64,000 nucleotides of DNA from Candidatus Methylomirabilia bacterium (GTDB taxonomy: Bacteria > Methylomirabilota > Methylomirabilia > Rokubacteriales > CSP1-6): positions 1 to 64,000 of the forward strand of contig JBGQEL010000008.1 in NCBI GenBank assembly GCA_041496385.1, read 5' to 3'. Positions 62,341-64,000 of this stretch are shown here, piece after piece (positions within the stretch are counted from its first letter, which is position 1; the number at the start of each line of letters is the position of its first letter). Position numbers and translations under genes: made by a program. Below the pieces are notes generated by a model that was not told where the DNA came from, ran no database searches, and saw only the letters and a program-made list of their open reading frames with translations.

Positions 62341-62658
62341 CTACTTCGCCACGATCTCGCTGATCTGGACCTGGGGCGTGATGTTCGTGAAGTTCGGGAC
62401 GTCGGCGAACAGCTCCTTGCCGTGCGGCGCCATCGCCTTCTGAAAGTCCGCGATCGAGTCGAAGTAGAGGTGGCCGGCCGCGGCGAACGGCGCGGGCGCG
62501 CCCGGCGCGCCGCCGGCCACGCCGCGGTCGACCTCCCAGCGGAGGAGGCCGAGGCTCCCGAGCCGCTGCTGGACGAGCGCCATGTGCTTCGACACGTAAT
62601 AGTCCACGTCGAACTTCTTCCCCTCGCCGGCGGGATACATCACGGAGACGCGAATCAT
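62341..62658 (-). CDS. EthD family protein
   Basis: FDVDYYVSKHM, DVPNFTNITP.VQISE. Confidence 0.85.
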   Translation of the reverse strand: MIRVSVMYPAGEGKKFDVDYYVSKHMALVQQRLGSLGLLRWEVDRGVAGGAPGAPAPFAAAGHLYFDSIADFQKAMAPHGKELFADVPNFTNITPQVQISEIVAK

Positions 62659-62696
62659 CGGTAACCTCCCCTGGTGGCGTTTCTCGGTGCCTTCGG

Positions 62697-63176
62697 TCAG
62701 TGGACGAACGTCGCGGCGACTCGCCGCGAACGCAGGAAGTACGGGATCCAGATGGCGGCGCTCGCCAGCGAGCGCCCGATGTCGGTGGCCTCCCGCAGGC
62801 TCATCCGCGCCCGGGCCGCGGGGATCGCGCCGGTCGCGGCGAAGTCGCCGACCACGACCGCGAGACCTACCGCGATGTAGGCGATGATCATGCGCGGAAA
62901 GTTGCGCCGCTTCCGGAAGAAATGATGCACCAGCCATGAGGCCCACACGAGCAGCACGAGATTGACGAGCGCCTCGCCGACGAGGAGCGGCGCCCAGAAC
63001 GGATGATAGGCCGGGCCGCCCGGCGTCGTGAGGACACGCCAGGTGTCTGACGTGAAGAGCTTGGCATTGGCGACGAGCGTCCTGAGGAGGAGCAGCGGCT
63101 GCAGGCACAGCCCGATCGCGACGAGGATCAGCCAGCCACGGATACCCTCGAGACTCTGCGCGCCCCCTGCGGCCAT
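62697..63176 (-). CDS. DUF2569-like membrane protein
   Basis: GIRGWLILVAIG, WIPYFLRSRRV..TF. Confidence 0.7.
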   Translation of the reverse strand: MAAGGAQSLEGIRGWLILVAIGLCLQPLLLLRTLVANAKLFTSDTWRVLTTPGGPAYHPFWAPLLVGEALVNLVLLVWASWLVHHFFRKRRNFPRMIIAYIAVGLAVVVGDFAATGAIPAARARMSLREATDIGRSLASAAIWIPYFLRSRRVAATFVH

Positions 63177-63242
63177 CGTGACGCCACCGTATGCGCCTGA
63201 GCGCAGGGTGTCAAGAACGCGTGGCAGCGGCAGCGTCGCGCG

Positions 63243-63884
63243 TCATCGCGCGACCCGAAGCGTGAAGCGACGTCCCTGCTCGCTCAGCGTGACACCGTCC
63301 TCCCGGATCTCCTCGACGCGCAGCCGGCCATCGATCAGGTCGCCTTCGACATACTTGTGTCCGCTGATGAAGATCATTCTCCGCGCTGGGGCGTCCGAGT
63401 ACACCAATGCCTCGACCTTCAGCTCGGCCGGTTCCCGCGGAGCCGGCGGCGCAGCGGGCGTGACGGGCGGAGTGACGGCTGGCTCCTGCGGAGTGGCCGG
63501 CGCCGCGGGCACAACGGACGGCGGCACCGCTGGCTCCGGTGCTCTCCGGGCAGCCGAGGTAGGCTGCCGAGCCGCGGGCGCTGATGGTGGGGGCTGCGGC
63601 GGCGCAGTGGTTGGTATTCGGTCTGGCCTCAGCCGCGGAGGCTGTGCTTGCTCGGGCACGGCGACCGGCGTGAGTGGCGCCGGGGCGGGGACGAAACGAA
63701 GCCACGCCACCAGCACCCCGGCAAGCAGGAGGGCATTCAGCCCGAGTGCGACGAGCAGGCGGGCCGACAAGCGAGTCCAGGCCGAGCTCCGCGTCGGGGC
63801 CGGCCTCAGAAGCCGCTGTAGCGCCGACGCCTGTCCGTCTCGGGCCTTCGCCGCCTTCGTGAGCGCATCGAGAATGTACGACAT
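63243..63884 (-). CDS. gspB: General secretion pathway protein B (GspB/ExeB)
   Basis: MSYILDAL N-terminus, TM, Pro-rich linker, VYSD...FISG...EGD..VEEI. Confidence 0.78.
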   Translation of the reverse strand: MSYILDALTKAAKARDGQASALQRLLRPAPTRSSAWTRLSARLLVALGLNALLLAGVLVAWLRFVPAPAPLTPVAVPEQAQPPRLRPDRIPTTAPPQPPPSAPAARQPTSAARRAPEPAVPPSVVPAAPATPQEPAVTPPVTPAAPPAPREPAELKVEALVYSDAPARRMIFISGHKYVEGDLIDGRLRVEEIREDGVTLSEQGRRFTLRVAR

Positions 63885-63886
63885 GA

Positions 63887-64000
63887 CTACCGCCGACCTC
63901 CGGAGACGAGCGCGGGGGCCTTCGAACCCGGCATCATTGCGGCGAGCCGGACGAGTGTCTCCTCACCCGCAATCCCGTCGGGCGTCAACGACTCGGCCTG
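63887..64000 (-). CDS. C-terminus of a GspA/ExeA-like protein (peptidoglycan-binding domain), partial
   Basis: QAESLTPDGIAGEETLVRL; lies directly upstream of gspB. Confidence 0.65.
   Translation of the reverse strand, partial: QAESLTPDGIAGEETLVRLAAMMPGSKAPALVSGGRR

Noticed and set aside
63200..64000. Lower third-position GC in gspB suggesting foreign DNA
   Set aside because: Judged by eye only, largely in a Pro/Ala linker, and cut off by the window edge

Overview
GC-rich bacterial window with about 70 protein-coding genes. I found no rRNA, tRNA, CRISPR array or transposase. The left ~33.5 kb looks like a stress/low-oxygen module organised by several sigma-54 (-24/-12) promoters. It contains (i) a complete group 1 membrane-bound [NiFe]-hydrogenase operon (hypA-hypB-small-large-cytochrome b-protease-hypF-hypC-hypD-hypE) followed by threonine dehydrogenase and kbl, (ii) pcm coupled to an archaeal-type SAM synthetase, and (iii) a ~15 kb operon with Hsp20, archease, RtcB, SDH protease, CBS and GYD proteins, PolX, TraR/DksA, a GroEL without GroES, AcsA-PdhA-PdhB-PdhC-ACP, USP and OsmC. 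The main finding: the hydrogenase large subunit, which the ORF track splits, is a single 570-codon frame (13903->12194) with two in-frame TGA codons exactly at the two cysteines of the N-terminal Ni-binding motif (RI-TGA-GV-TGA-TTVH, normally RICGVCTTVH). A SECIS-like hairpin follows, and the C-terminal motif is still DPCMAC. This suggests a double-selenocysteine (UxxU) hydrogenase, unlike canonical [NiFeSe] enzymes, which carry one Sec in the C-terminal motif. The right half is mostly metabolic and housekeeping genes, plus a heme-c-sensing nucleotide cyclase, a SorAB-like pair, an ECF sigma/Ogt-Ada pair and gspA/gspB. Product calls come from motif recognition by eye; no database searches were run.
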